From positions 32,001 through 96,000 of the forward strand of contig OZ241863.1 in the NCBI GenBank assembly GCA_965203055.1: 64,000 nucleotides of DNA. The letters run 5' to 3'. A model generated the notes under the pieces. That model made no database searches, was not told the DNA's origin, and saw only the letters and a program-made list of their open reading frames with translations. This stretch comes from Spirochaetia bacterium. Its GTDB lineage: Bacteria > Spirochaetota > Spirochaetia > SZUA-6 > Bin103. Shown here in pieces: positions 9,331-17,987 of this stretch. The translations under genes were made by a program, and so were the position numbers. The number at the start of each line of letters is the position of its first letter. Position 1 is the first letter of the stretch.

Positions 9331-10527
9331 CTAGTCGAGTCCGAACGACAAACGCCTCTGAGGTCCGTAGAGCACCCCCGGACACTGCCGCACGTGTCGC
9401 CGATCGAATGAGTTGTGAAATCCCGCGCGGAACTCCTTACCAAGAGAAATGTCTTCGAAGACGGAACAATCCTCCATGAAGACCACATCAGGTATCGAGG
9501 AGTAATTGCTAAAATCCGCCCGCTGCCTCCTAAATTCTGCGTCCGCTTCCAATCTTCGAACCCACACAGCCAGTTTCGATAAGCAGCCTGCCGGCTCAAA
9601 CCAATAACTGTCATCGACATACTGCCTAAGGCAGTTCGGCTGATGTATGGTCTCATTCCATGCATCGACATCGGCCATTTTCTCTCCTAACAAGAAGGGA
9701 AAGCGCTGCAATAGATGGGGCACGTCAATAAGAACGTCCTGCGGTCCAAGCACCTCTCGATCCAACCACTTGCCGATCCTTGCAGCGCCGAATCGGACAG
9801 CAGCGGATTCATCCGACGACAACAGCGATTTTGCATCACGGCCAGCCGTCATCGACACGAACGAATGGAAGGTCATCTCCCTGAGTCCAGTAAAACCGCT
9901 AGCCTCAGGAGCGATGAAGCCGAAGGCCGAATCGGACATGCCCAAAGCATCGTCTTGGCGTATCCCAAACGTATCGACTATGGACTTGTTCAGGTCGTGT
10001 CCGAACGCCGTCTCCCGTGCTCTCTGGCTTGCAACGGCCCTTGATAACGTCTGCCAAGACCACGGCCGGAAACCGTGCCATGGTGGCTCAGTCCACAATC
10101 CCGGCATCTCAAGTAGCTTGACTGTCAAATTGAGATCGGCATGGCTCGCAAGATCGCCCCGAAGGCTGAGGTCGAAGTCAACCTGGTCGAATTGGTTGAA
10201 AACCACGACCACGGCGCAATCAGAATACATACGCGCCAGTCGACCTATCCCCTCGCCGGTGTGCTGTGCTCTGTCGTCGATATGAAAGAGATCACAATCG
10301 ATTATCAAGATGTCGTTCTGGTCGAACAGACACTGTTGCGGTCTGCGAGGGGGGCCGACGCGAACTGCCTTTCGACGGCGCAGCAGCTCGTTCACGGCGT
10401 TGCGCATGTCGTCGGCGCTCGATGCGGCTTGAAACTCGTAATTCTTCGGCGCGATCTCCTTGATTCGTTCAACGCACTCCGCAGCAAGTCCACGATCGTC
10501 GTCGCATATGAGAACCGAACAGGTCAT
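9331..10527 (-). CDS. Hypothetical protein with N-terminal response-regulator receiver-like domain
   Basis: VLICDDD acidic pocket, DILIIDCDL putative phospho-Asp; ~270-aa unrecognised C-terminus; low GC. Confidence 0.65.
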   Translation of the reverse strand: MTCSVLICDDDRGLAAECVERIKEIAPKNYEFQAASSADDMRNAVNELLRRRKAVRVGPPRRPQQCLFDQNDILIIDCDLFHIDDRAQHTGEGIGRLARMYSDCAVVVVFNQFDQVDFDLSLRGDLASHADLNLTVKLLEMPGLWTEPPWHGFRPWSWQTLSRAVASQRARETAFGHDLNKSIVDTFGIRQDDALGMSDSAFGFIAPEASGFTGLREMTFHSFVSMTAGRDAKSLLSSDESAAVRFGAARIGKWLDREVLGPQDVLIDVPHLLQRFPFLLGEKMADVDAWNETIHQPNCLRQYVDDSYWFEPAGCLSKLAVWVRRLEADAEFRRQRADFSNYSSIPDVVFMEDCSVFEDISLGKEFRAGFHNSFDRRHVRQCPGVLYGPQRRLSFGLD

Positions 10528-10560
10528 TTCGATGAACCCCTTGATATCTGAAACGCCGTC

Positions 10561-10590
10561 TCCATCGTTTCTCGCTGTGCTTCCCGGTCA
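10561..10590. repeat. Copy B of a 30-bp imperfect direct repeat (mod-res junction sequence)
   Basis: tccatcgtttctcgctgtgcttcccggtca; includes the mod stop codon and an orphan ATG GAG. Confidence 0.75.
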
Positions 10591-12207
10591 CTCCACCCGG
10601 CTGGACAGCTCGTAGGGGAGTTGGCAGAAGGTGATGCCCCAGGCTGACAGTTCGCGCTGGCCGATGTACTTGGCGGCGGCGAACACCACCGCCTTGCGGT
10701 TCCGGGCACGGGCCGCGGCGCTGATCCGCTTGGCGCGCTCCTCGTTCAGGATGGCGTCGTTGCTGCGCAGGAACGCCAAGTCGGGTCGGTAGAGCAGGTG
10801 GTAGTTGAGCTTGTCGGAGGAATGAAACAGCCCGTCACCTTCCTGCGGTACGAGGTCGCCGGCACCGGCGGAGACGCCGGACGCGGTATGGAGCAGGTAC
10901 GCGGCCAGGGCAGCGTATGGCGGCAGGGTCTCGCCGGAGAGCATGCCATCCAGCTCGATCGGGTCGCCAAGCCCGCAATAGGTGAACGAGCCGCCGAGAC
11001 CCTCGCGCAGCGCAGGATCGCGCGCGCCCGGTACGCCGTCGATCACCCGCCGCACCCGCTCCGCGGTGATGGAATCGGCGTAATCCTCGCATTCCACCAG
11101 GATGAACCGGCGATTGCCGCCGTCCTCCCGGTTGAGCGCGAGTACTGCGTGCGCCGTCGTCCCACTGCCGGCAAACGAATCAAGCACAACAGAGTCTTCG
11201 TTTGTGGATACTTTGACCACCCTCTCAATCAGGTCCGACGGCTTTACTGACGTAGAGAACGGATTCTCTCCGAACAGTGTAATCAGTTGTCGAGTTCCTG
11301 ACGTCGCAGTCCCCACGTCGTTCCACAGCGTGGAGATGTTCGTCCCTCGTTCTCGAGCTTCACTGAGAAATCGCTTATACTGTGGTTTGGAACGTCCCTT
11401 CTTCCCGAATATGATTCGGTCTTCCTTCACTGCGGCGTCGTATTTCTCTTTGGAAAATCTCCAATGTCTCCCTGCCGGTGGCAGATATACCTTGCCAGTT
11501 TTTGGGTTCAATATTTCATATGTCAGGTTCTCTCTAACGTTCGGCGCGTCCATTGGGTCTGCAACCCAAGGACCGCGTGGATCGTCGTCGGGATTGGAGA
11601 ATTTCGATTCATCGATACCTTCAGCCCTTAAACACGAAAGCTCTCTGTTGAGACAAAAGCACAGTATGTGATTGTGCGCAAGTGATATGTCTATGTCATT
11701 CTGGCTCGATTTTCTATGATTCCAAATGATGTTGGCGATGAAGTTATGTTTCCCAAATATCTCATCCATCAGCATCCGCAGATGGTGCTGCTCGTTGTCG
11801 TCGATGGATACGAAGATCACGCCGTCGTCCGCCAACAGTTCCCGCAGCAGGTGGAGGCGCGGCCACATCATGCAGAGCCACTTGTCGTGCCGCTCCAGGT
11901 CCTCGTTGTCCACCGGACCATGTGCCCGCAGCCACTCCTTCAGCAGCGGACTGTTCACGTTGTCGTTGTAGACCCACCCCTCGTTGCCGGTGTTGTAGGG
12001 CGGATCGATGTAGATGCACTTGACGCGCCCGGCGTAGCGCGGCAGCAGCGCCTTCAGGGCGTGCAGGTTGTCGCCGTGGATGATTAGGTTGTCGTCGGCG
12101 CCGGCGGGACGGCAGGAGCGCGCCGGATCGGGCAGCAGCGGGCGGTACGGCACCGTGAGATGGTGCGCGTAGATATGCTGCTTCCCCTTGAACTCAAGCA
12201 CCGGCAT
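10588..12207 (-). CDS. mod: Type III R-M Mod subunit (beta-class amino methyltransferase)
   Basis: IIHGDNL, IYIDPPYNTG, FVSIDDNE, VLDSFAGSGTT, RRFILVE; GGAGG RBS before MPVLEFKGK. Confidence 0.92.
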   Translation of the reverse strand: MPVLEFKGKQHIYAHHLTVPYRPLLPDPARSCRPAGADDNLIIHGDNLHALKALLPRYAGRVKCIYIDPPYNTGNEGWVYNDNVNSPLLKEWLRAHGPVDNEDLERHDKWLCMMWPRLHLLRELLADDGVIFVSIDDNEQHHLRMLMDEIFGKHNFIANIIWNHRKSSQNDIDISLAHNHILCFCLNRELSCLRAEGIDESKFSNPDDDPRGPWVADPMDAPNVRENLTYEILNPKTGKVYLPPAGRHWRFSKEKYDAAVKEDRIIFGKKGRSKPQYKRFLSEARERGTNISTLWNDVGTATSGTRQLITLFGENPFSTSVKPSDLIERVVKVSTNEDSVVLDSFAGSGTTAHAVLALNREDGGNRRFILVECEDYADSITAERVRRVIDGVPGARDPALREGLGGSFTYCGLGDPIELDGMLSGETLPPYAALAAYLLHTASGVSAGAGDLVPQEGDGLFHSSDKLNYHLLYRPDLAFLRSNDAILNEERAKRISAAARARNRKAVVFAAAKYIGQRELSAWGITFCQLPYELSSRVE

Positions 12208-12471
12208 TGTCTTGTCGTCCCTCCGTTTCGACATAATGCCGCATAACCGGAGATTGCTCAAGGGGTAGATGCAATGCTACGGTCGACCGATCGGGCACCC
12301 GCAAGATCATCGCCGTCCGCAAGCTGTGGCAACCGCAATGCCAAGTGTCCCAAACATATAGAAGCCGCTACAGTCGCAGTCTCAGTGGCTCTTCCCAATC
12401 TGCGCGATTTCGGCCGATGATGAAGTATGCAGCGCACCTCGCAGCCATCGATAGAAGCCACAATTCGACAG

Positions 12472-12897
12472 ATGAGCTCCCCCAATCCAACGCCATCGAG
12501 CGTGGCCGCCACGAACCGGATGCGTTCGAATCGTCGCGTGGATACGAAGCCGGAAATCGAAGTCAGGTCGTTGCTGCATAGGAATGGACTCAGATTCCGA
12601 AAGGACTATCCCATTCGTCTCTCCAACGGAACTATCGTGCATCCTGATATCGTGTTCACGAAGAAGCGGGTTGCAGTCTTCATAGATGGTTGCTATTGGC
12701 ACTCGTGCCCTCTCCATGGAACTACTCCGAAATCCAATCGAAACTACTGGATTCCGAAGTTGCGACAGAACGTGGAACGAGATAAGAAGACCTGTATCGA
12801 CCTGCGAGCCAATGGTTGGAAGGTACTGCGAATATGGGAACACGTCGACCCAGAAGACGCCGCATCGACGATCGCCAGCGAAGTACTCGATGCCTGA
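12472..12897 (+). CDS. vsr: Very short patch repair endonuclease
   Basis: RMRSNRRVDTKPE, PDIVF, VFIDGCYWHSCP, GWKVLRIWEH. Confidence 0.93.
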   Translation: MSSPNPTPSSVAATNRMRSNRRVDTKPEIEVRSLLHRNGLRFRKDYPIRLSNGTIVHPDIVFTKKRVAVFIDGCYWHSCPLHGTTPKSNRNYWIPKLRQNVERDKKTCIDLRANGWKVLRIWEHVDPEDAASTIASEVLDA

Positions 12898-12898
12898 A

Positions 12899-14905
12899 CT
12901 ACCGGGGTGGACTCAAGTCCCGAAGGTCGTCACGCTCGATGCTCTCGATGAGACGATATACTCTCCCTGCGTCGTCCGCACTAGCCAAGTAGTCCTGATA
13001 TGCCTGCTGCGCGTTCTCGATAAGTTCTTCATAGCTAACGACACGGGCACCCAGAGCCTCTAGCGAACTCCGGGATGTGTCTCGACCATCAACGGTGTCG
13101 TGCCAGTCACGCAGCGGACGTCCAACCACGCAGACAAATTCGAGCGGCTCATTTTCCCTTCCCATGCTTTGTAGGACCTTCCGAGCAGCAATGCGATACT
13201 TGGCCAACTGAACATAGAGATCGCTGGTGACAAGCACTCGCGACGCCCGCTTGAGCTCTATGATCACATGCTTGTTCCCCGTAGTCGAGTAGTAGATGTC
13301 GAGCCGAGCACTGCGTTGGTCAGCAGTCAGTGAATCGTAGACGCCGCCCAGCGCGTCTTTGATACGGGTCTCCATGTGCTCCGTATGCGTGGCCCGTTCC
13401 CAGGATGGGTCTAGCAACCACAGGTGCTTATAGAGGTGCTCCTGCATAGCCCGCTCTCTTGCACCCTCGTCGGCAAGGCCTCTGAGCTTCCGTATCACCT
13501 GGAGACGTTCCTTGACTATCTGGTAGTATACGCTTGCTTCAAGATCATCCAACTGAATGAAGGCTTCTCGAAGCACGCCAAGATTCTCGATGGCAACGTC
13601 GTCGAGACGATACAATATATGACGAAGCTTGAGACTCTCGAACGCCAGAATACCGCTGACGAACAGCTTTCTCTTCTCGCTCTCATCATCGACCGGAAGC
13701 TGGTGGATTCTTCCAAACAGCTTCTTAGCTGCATTACGGTGATCAGGGGTAAGTTTAGAATACCATTCTTTGATCTGTGGGACGTGCAGTGCTGACTCTC
13801 GTCCTCGTTCGTTTCTAAGGTCGCTCCATTGACGCTGTATTTCCTTTAGTTCTTCTCTTACCTTCGATCTCAAAGTCTGATATCTTGGGTCATCCTCTAT
13901 GATCCTCTGTCTACTTGTCGTCGCTATATCTTCCTGTCCATCTATATCCAGAAAGTCCGCGTGTATTTCGCCGATGATATACTTGCTGTATATTCCACCT
14001 TCGCCGAACTCTTCCAGAATATCCTCTTGAGCCAACTTTCCCCTTACCATTATTACAATCTTGTTTATGCTCTCCTTGGTATCAGACTCTTTCAGTTGTC
14101 CCGCCTCTCTCGCCGTTCCAATCCAACCGTCCACTCGATAGTTACTCCGTTCTCCTGTCGTTATCTCTCCCGTTCTCTCTTGGACATTTTCGACATTGCT
14201 TGCCAATGACTTAGCTTCGATCCCTCTTGATCCGAACGTCCAGATGTATTGAATCTTATCATGGTAACCTCGATCATGAATCGTGATCGGCTTGCAATCT
14301 AGCTCCATTTCGAAATGGTGACTGGCACCGAGAATGCTAAATCTACGCGCGAGTCGGCGCCGCAGCGCTGCGCTGGTCCTATGGAGCTTACGCTTCATGT
14401 TCGTGAGCACGATCCTGGTTCCGACATTCGAATGAAACTCGTCCGAATAAATCGATTCGGGATAGTATGCTGTCTCTTCGTCGTCCTTGATAGCTTGTTC
14501 GATCCTATCAGCATCCATTCTGAATCCGTGGTGTTCCTCTTCCGTCCTGCTATAGACTTCAATCGTTCTGGCAATCGAAAAGAGCGACAGCTTGCCGATG
14601 CCCTTGCGTCCCATGACGGGGCGATGGAATTTCTTGGTTATCGCTTCTGTCTTTCGGCGTTCGTATCCAACGACGAGAAATTTGTGGTTGGCTTCCTCGA
14701 CGCTCATTCCGTGGCCGTCATCCAGAATTTCAATTCTGTCTCCGTTCGGATCGATCTTGATGGAAACGTGCTCGGCATCGGCATCCCATGCATTGGCGAC
14801 CGCCTCGGAAAGAACCGTTGGAACGTTGCTGTAGAGTCCGAATCCCAGGTGCTTTAGGACGTTCAGGCTCAGCGTCATTCGATACTTGCTATCGCTATCG
14901 GTCAT
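12899..14905 (-). CDS. GHKL/MORC-type ATPase fused to a C-terminal PD-(D/E)xK nuclease (HgiDII/BbrUII-like restriction enzyme)
   Basis: LSEAVANAWDADA, DDGHGMS, GRKGIGKLS, GTRIVL; C-terminal RLDIYY...IIELKR; overlaps the C5 MTase stop; low GC. Confidence 0.8.
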   Translation of the reverse strand: MTDSDSKYRMTLSLNVLKHLGFGLYSNVPTVLSEAVANAWDADAEHVSIKIDPNGDRIEILDDGHGMSVEEANHKFLVVGYERRKTEAITKKFHRPVMGRKGIGKLSLFSIARTIEVYSRTEEEHHGFRMDADRIEQAIKDDEETAYYPESIYSDEFHSNVGTRIVLTNMKRKLHRTSAALRRRLARRFSILGASHHFEMELDCKPITIHDRGYHDKIQYIWTFGSRGIEAKSLASNVENVQERTGEITTGERSNYRVDGWIGTAREAGQLKESDTKESINKIVIMVRGKLAQEDILEEFGEGGIYSKYIIGEIHADFLDIDGQEDIATTSRQRIIEDDPRYQTLRSKVREELKEIQRQWSDLRNERGRESALHVPQIKEWYSKLTPDHRNAAKKLFGRIHQLPVDDESEKRKLFVSGILAFESLKLRHILYRLDDVAIENLGVLREAFIQLDDLEASVYYQIVKERLQVIRKLRGLADEGARERAMQEHLYKHLWLLDPSWERATHTEHMETRIKDALGGVYDSLTADQRSARLDIYYSTTGNKHVIIELKRASRVLVTSDLYVQLAKYRIAARKVLQSMGRENEPLEFVCVVGRPLRDWHDTVDGRDTSRSSLEALGARVVSYEELIENAQQAYQDYLASADDAGRVYRLIESIERDDLRDLSPPR

Positions 14906-15956
14906 CGCAACTCTCCAGGTGTGCAACGATTGATTTGCCAATAGCTTTCCCAAGCTTGACGGGAACTGCGTTGCCGATCAATCTAGCTACCGACGAAAAT
15001 CGAATCGGATTTCCATCTGGTACAAAGGAATAATCTTCGGGGAAGGTTTGAAGTAGCGCGCCCTCGCGCAAAGAAATGGCACGATCTTGCACAGGATGTC
15101 CAAACCGTCCGTTGCCGAACCCGTGGAACTGAGTTGTGAGCGTCGGAGCCGGTTGATCCCACTGCATGCGACCGTATACACTAGGATAGGTCTTGCCGGT
15201 AGCCTTCATGTGGCAGGCAGCGGGCAGTCCGTCGGTCCAGTCGCGCCAAGTTCCACCGGGTTTCGAATTCCTTATACGATCAAGGTTCTTTGGAGACAGA
15301 CTGCTGGCCTTATGTAGCGGATCTGATTCGCACACACTACCTGCTTCGATCTCGACGAGGTGTTGTATTGCATCTCTGACCGTAGCGAACTCGTTAGGAG
15401 ACCGAGTCGGAGGTATCATTTCGATTTCGCCGAGCCTGGAAGCCAAGAGCACCAACCGACGTCGCGCTTGAGGGACGCCGTATTCGGTACAGCGCACTAT
15501 TTTGTGCACAACTCTATATCGTGCCTTTTCGAGAGTCGTACGAAATTCGCGGAAGACTGTCGTCTTTTCCAAGAGCGGTACGTTTTCCATCGTGACTATC
15601 TCGGGTAGCAATGCTCTCACGATACGACCGAAATCAGAGAGTAGTTGCCATTGTGCATTTTGCTTCTTCTTCATCGAGTAGGCAGAAAACGGTTGACACG
15701 GGGCACATCCGGCCAGCACTCTTATGCAATCTGGTGGAAATTCGCGTGCCAATGACTCTGGCGAAATATCACTTACGTCACGTTCGTGGAAATCGGCTTT
15801 GACGTTGGTCTTAAACGGATACCTGCAAGCTGGATCAATGTCGATTCCGGCACCGATAGCTATTCCCGCTCGTTTCATTCCATAGGAGAGGCCCCCCACG
15901 CCGCAAAAGATATCGACTGCTACTGGTCGGCGAGAACGCGGCGTCTCGTCAGTCAA
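14895..15956 (-). CDS. DNA (cytosine-5)-methyltransferase
   Basis: DIFCGVGG, GCAPCQPFS, MENVP, GVPQARRR, REGALLQTFP, IGNAVP. Confidence 0.95.
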   Translation of the reverse strand: MTDETPRSRRPVAVDIFCGVGGLSYGMKRAGIAIGAGIDIDPACRYPFKTNVKADFHERDVSDISPESLAREFPPDCIRVLAGCAPCQPFSAYSMKKKQNAQWQLLSDFGRIVRALLPEIVTMENVPLLEKTTVFREFRTTLEKARYRVVHKIVRCTEYGVPQARRRLVLLASRLGEIEMIPPTRSPNEFATVRDAIQHLVEIEAGSVCESDPLHKASSLSPKNLDRIRNSKPGGTWRDWTDGLPAACHMKATGKTYPSVYGRMQWDQPAPTLTTQFHGFGNGRFGHPVQDRAISLREGALLQTFPEDYSFVPDGNPIRFSSVARLIGNAVPVKLGKAIGKSIVAHLESCDDR

Positions 15957-16599
15957 TCTCCAACTCCTGATGGGCGGGGCCGTTGGCGCCGGGGGCGTGG
16001 TGGTTCAGGAGGGCGTGCAGGGTGTCCGGCAGCCATTGGCGGGAGGTGTCCGGCCATGCCCGCGGAGCGAGCGCGGCGGTGAGCTCATGGAACGCGCGGT
16101 ACCGGTAATCGCTCCCCTCGGGAGTGGTGTAGACTTCGATCCGGCGGTCCACCAGGTTGACGATCCACAGCTCCGGGATGCCGGCCTGGGCGTAGAGCGG
16201 CAGCTTGAGCGCGGTGTCCTTGCGGAGCGAGCGGTCGGAGACCTCGACCAGCAGCAGCACGTCATGCGGCTGCGGATGATCCAGGTAGTTTCCTTCACGC
16301 AGCAGCATCACGTCGGGTTGCGGGAGCTCGGTGGCGTCGAGATCATCGGACAGGCGCAGCGGATGCTGGGCCGCGACCGCGGCGCGGCCATCGAAGGCCA
16401 CGACGAAGTTCCGCGTCAGCGCCGAGACGGCCCATGCGTGCGGCGGGTTGATGGTCATGCGGTAGATCCGGCCCCCCAGTAGTTCGATGCGCTCATCTTC
16501 GCCGATGGCGCCGGCCCGTTCCATTGCCAGCAGCTCGCGGAAGGTAAACGCGCGCAGCTCCCTGTCGACCGAAGTCATAGGTACGCGAGGCGTTCGCAT
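15949..16599 (-). CDS. Uma2 family endonuclease-like protein
   Basis: RIELLGGRI, PQPDV, LLVEVSD, KLPLYAQAGIPELWIVN. Confidence 0.9.
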   Translation of the reverse strand: MRTPRVPMTSVDRELRAFTFRELLAMERAGAIGEDERIELLGGRIYRMTINPPHAWAVSALTRNFVVAFDGRAAVAAQHPLRLSDDLDATELPQPDVMLLREGNYLDHPQPHDVLLLVEVSDRSLRKDTALKLPLYAQAGIPELWIVNLVDRRIEVYTTPEGSDYRYRAFHELTAALAPRAWPDTSRQWLPDTLHALLNHHAPGANGPAHQELEID

Positions 16600-16688
16600 C
16601 GGTAGCCTGCACGCTACCGCCGGCGGCGCCGCGGGTCAATCGCGCCGTCGGCCCCACCCGGAGCGCAGGCGCATCGGACGGCGCCGTG

Positions 16689-17840
16689 TTACCGAATCAT
16701 CTTCGCCAAGTTCGGTATCAGCGCCGCCGGCAGTACGGTGATCCGGTCGTCCAGCGGATAGGTCTCGGCGCCCGGATACAGGACCCAGAGGTGGTCCAGC
16801 CCCAGGTCGGCCAGAGCGGCGTGCATCGAACGCGTCGCCCCGGGGGCGTCGGCGAGCTTGCACTCGAACCCGTGGCGCGCCCCGCGGCGGTCGATCAGCA
16901 GGTCCAGCTCGGCGCCGCCATGCGTAGCCCAGTAGTGCGGGTGGCCGGCATCGAGCGCGGCGAGCACCTGTTCGATGGCGAATCCTTCGAATGACGCGCC
17001 GACCTTGGGATGGCCGGCAAGCTCGTCCTCCTCGGTGAGTCCCAGCAGCGTATGGAGCAATCCCGCGTCGCGCAGATAGACCTTCGGCGCCTTCACCTGC
17101 CGCTTCTTGAGGTTCGCGAACCACGGCGGCAGCACCCGCACCATGAACACCCCGGCGAGAATGTCGAGATAGCGGCGCGCCGTCGCCTGCGTGGCGCCGA
17201 TCGCCCGCGCGAACTCGGCGCCGTTCCAGACCTGGCCGTGATAGTGGGCGATCATGGTCCAGAAGCGGCGCAGCGTCTCCGCCGGAACCGAGATGCCGAG
17301 CTGCGGGATGTCCCGCTCCAGGAAGGTGCGCACGAAGTTGTCGCGCCACAGCCCGGACGCCGCCAGGTCGGGCGCCAGATAGGAGCGGGGAAAGCCGCCG
17401 CGCAGCCACAGCTCGCGCCACGCCGCGCCGCCCACCTCGCCCAACTCGAATCCGGCCAGATCGACCAGCCCCACGCGCCCGGCGAGCGATTCGGAGACGC
17501 CCTTCACCAGCGCCGGCGAGGCGCTGCCGAGCAGCAGGAAGCGCGCCCGGTTGCGCGGCCGGTCCACCAGCACGCGCAACGTCTCGAACAGCGCCGGAAG
17601 GCGCTGGACTTCATCGATCACGACCAGATCCGCGAGGCGCCCGAGGGTCTGCTCCGGCGCCGTCAGGCGCCGGCGGTCGACGGCGGCCTCCAGGTCGAAG
17701 TAGGTGCTGCGCGGCGCCTGCGCCGCCAAGTGGCGCGCGAGCGTGGTCTTCCCGCACTGCCGCGGGCCGGTCAGAGCAACGATCGGATGCACCGAGAACG
17801 CCGCGCGAACGCGGGCGACCGGGCCGGGCCGGGAGATCAT
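16689..17840 (-). CDS. AAA_14/DUF4143-type ATP-binding protein
   Basis: GPRQCGKTT, VIDEVQ, LGSAS, SESLAGR, RGGFP, APKVYLRDAG, C-terminal AELDL...FECK. Confidence 0.9.
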   Translation of the reverse strand: MISRPGPVARVRAAFSVHPIVALTGPRQCGKTTLARHLAAQAPRSTYFDLEAAVDRRRLTAPEQTLGRLADLVVIDEVQRLPALFETLRVLVDRPRNRARFLLLGSASPALVKGVSESLAGRVGLVDLAGFELGEVGGAAWRELWLRGGFPRSYLAPDLAASGLWRDNFVRTFLERDIPQLGISVPAETLRRFWTMIAHYHGQVWNGAEFARAIGATQATARRYLDILAGVFMVRVLPPWFANLKKRQVKAPKVYLRDAGLLHTLLGLTEEDELAGHPKVGASFEGFAIEQVLAALDAGHPHYWATHGGAELDLLIDRRGARHGFECKLADAPGATRSMHAALADLGLDHLWVLYPGAETYPLDDRITVLPAALIPNLAKMIR

Positions 17841-17856
17841 CGCCCTGAGCATGATC

Positions 17857-17891
17857 CTTGAAAATCGATAGGTCAACTACCGATTTTCAAG
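17857..17891. promoter_or_regulatory. AT-rich inverted repeat, candidate operator
   Basis: CTTGAAAATCGATAG-GTCAA-CTACCGATTTTCAAG (14/15 arm match) immediately upstream of the DUF4143-type gene. Confidence 0.6.
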
Positions 17892-17987
17892 AAAGTCTCA
17901 CCGCACCGGCCCCGTCGTTAGCCGGTGTGTGACGCAGGCTTGCACGCAGCTGCCGCCTCGTCCACTATTCGCCCGGAGAGGTCAGCG

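Noticed and set aside
10557..10573. Exact 17-bp match to 61977-61993 (cgtctccatcgtttctc) as a possible att site
   Set aside because: Both are RBS/start-like sequences (GAGAAACG ATG GAG ACG); one such match in 64 kb is plausibly chance; no integrase, and housekeeping genes lie between
10588..12207. Phase-variable simple-sequence repeat in mod
   Set aside because: No homopolymer or short tandem tract seen in the gene or its leader
12258..12581. Small ORFs between mod and vsr as a controller (C) protein
   Set aside because: No helix-turn-helix pattern; they overlap vsr or its promoter
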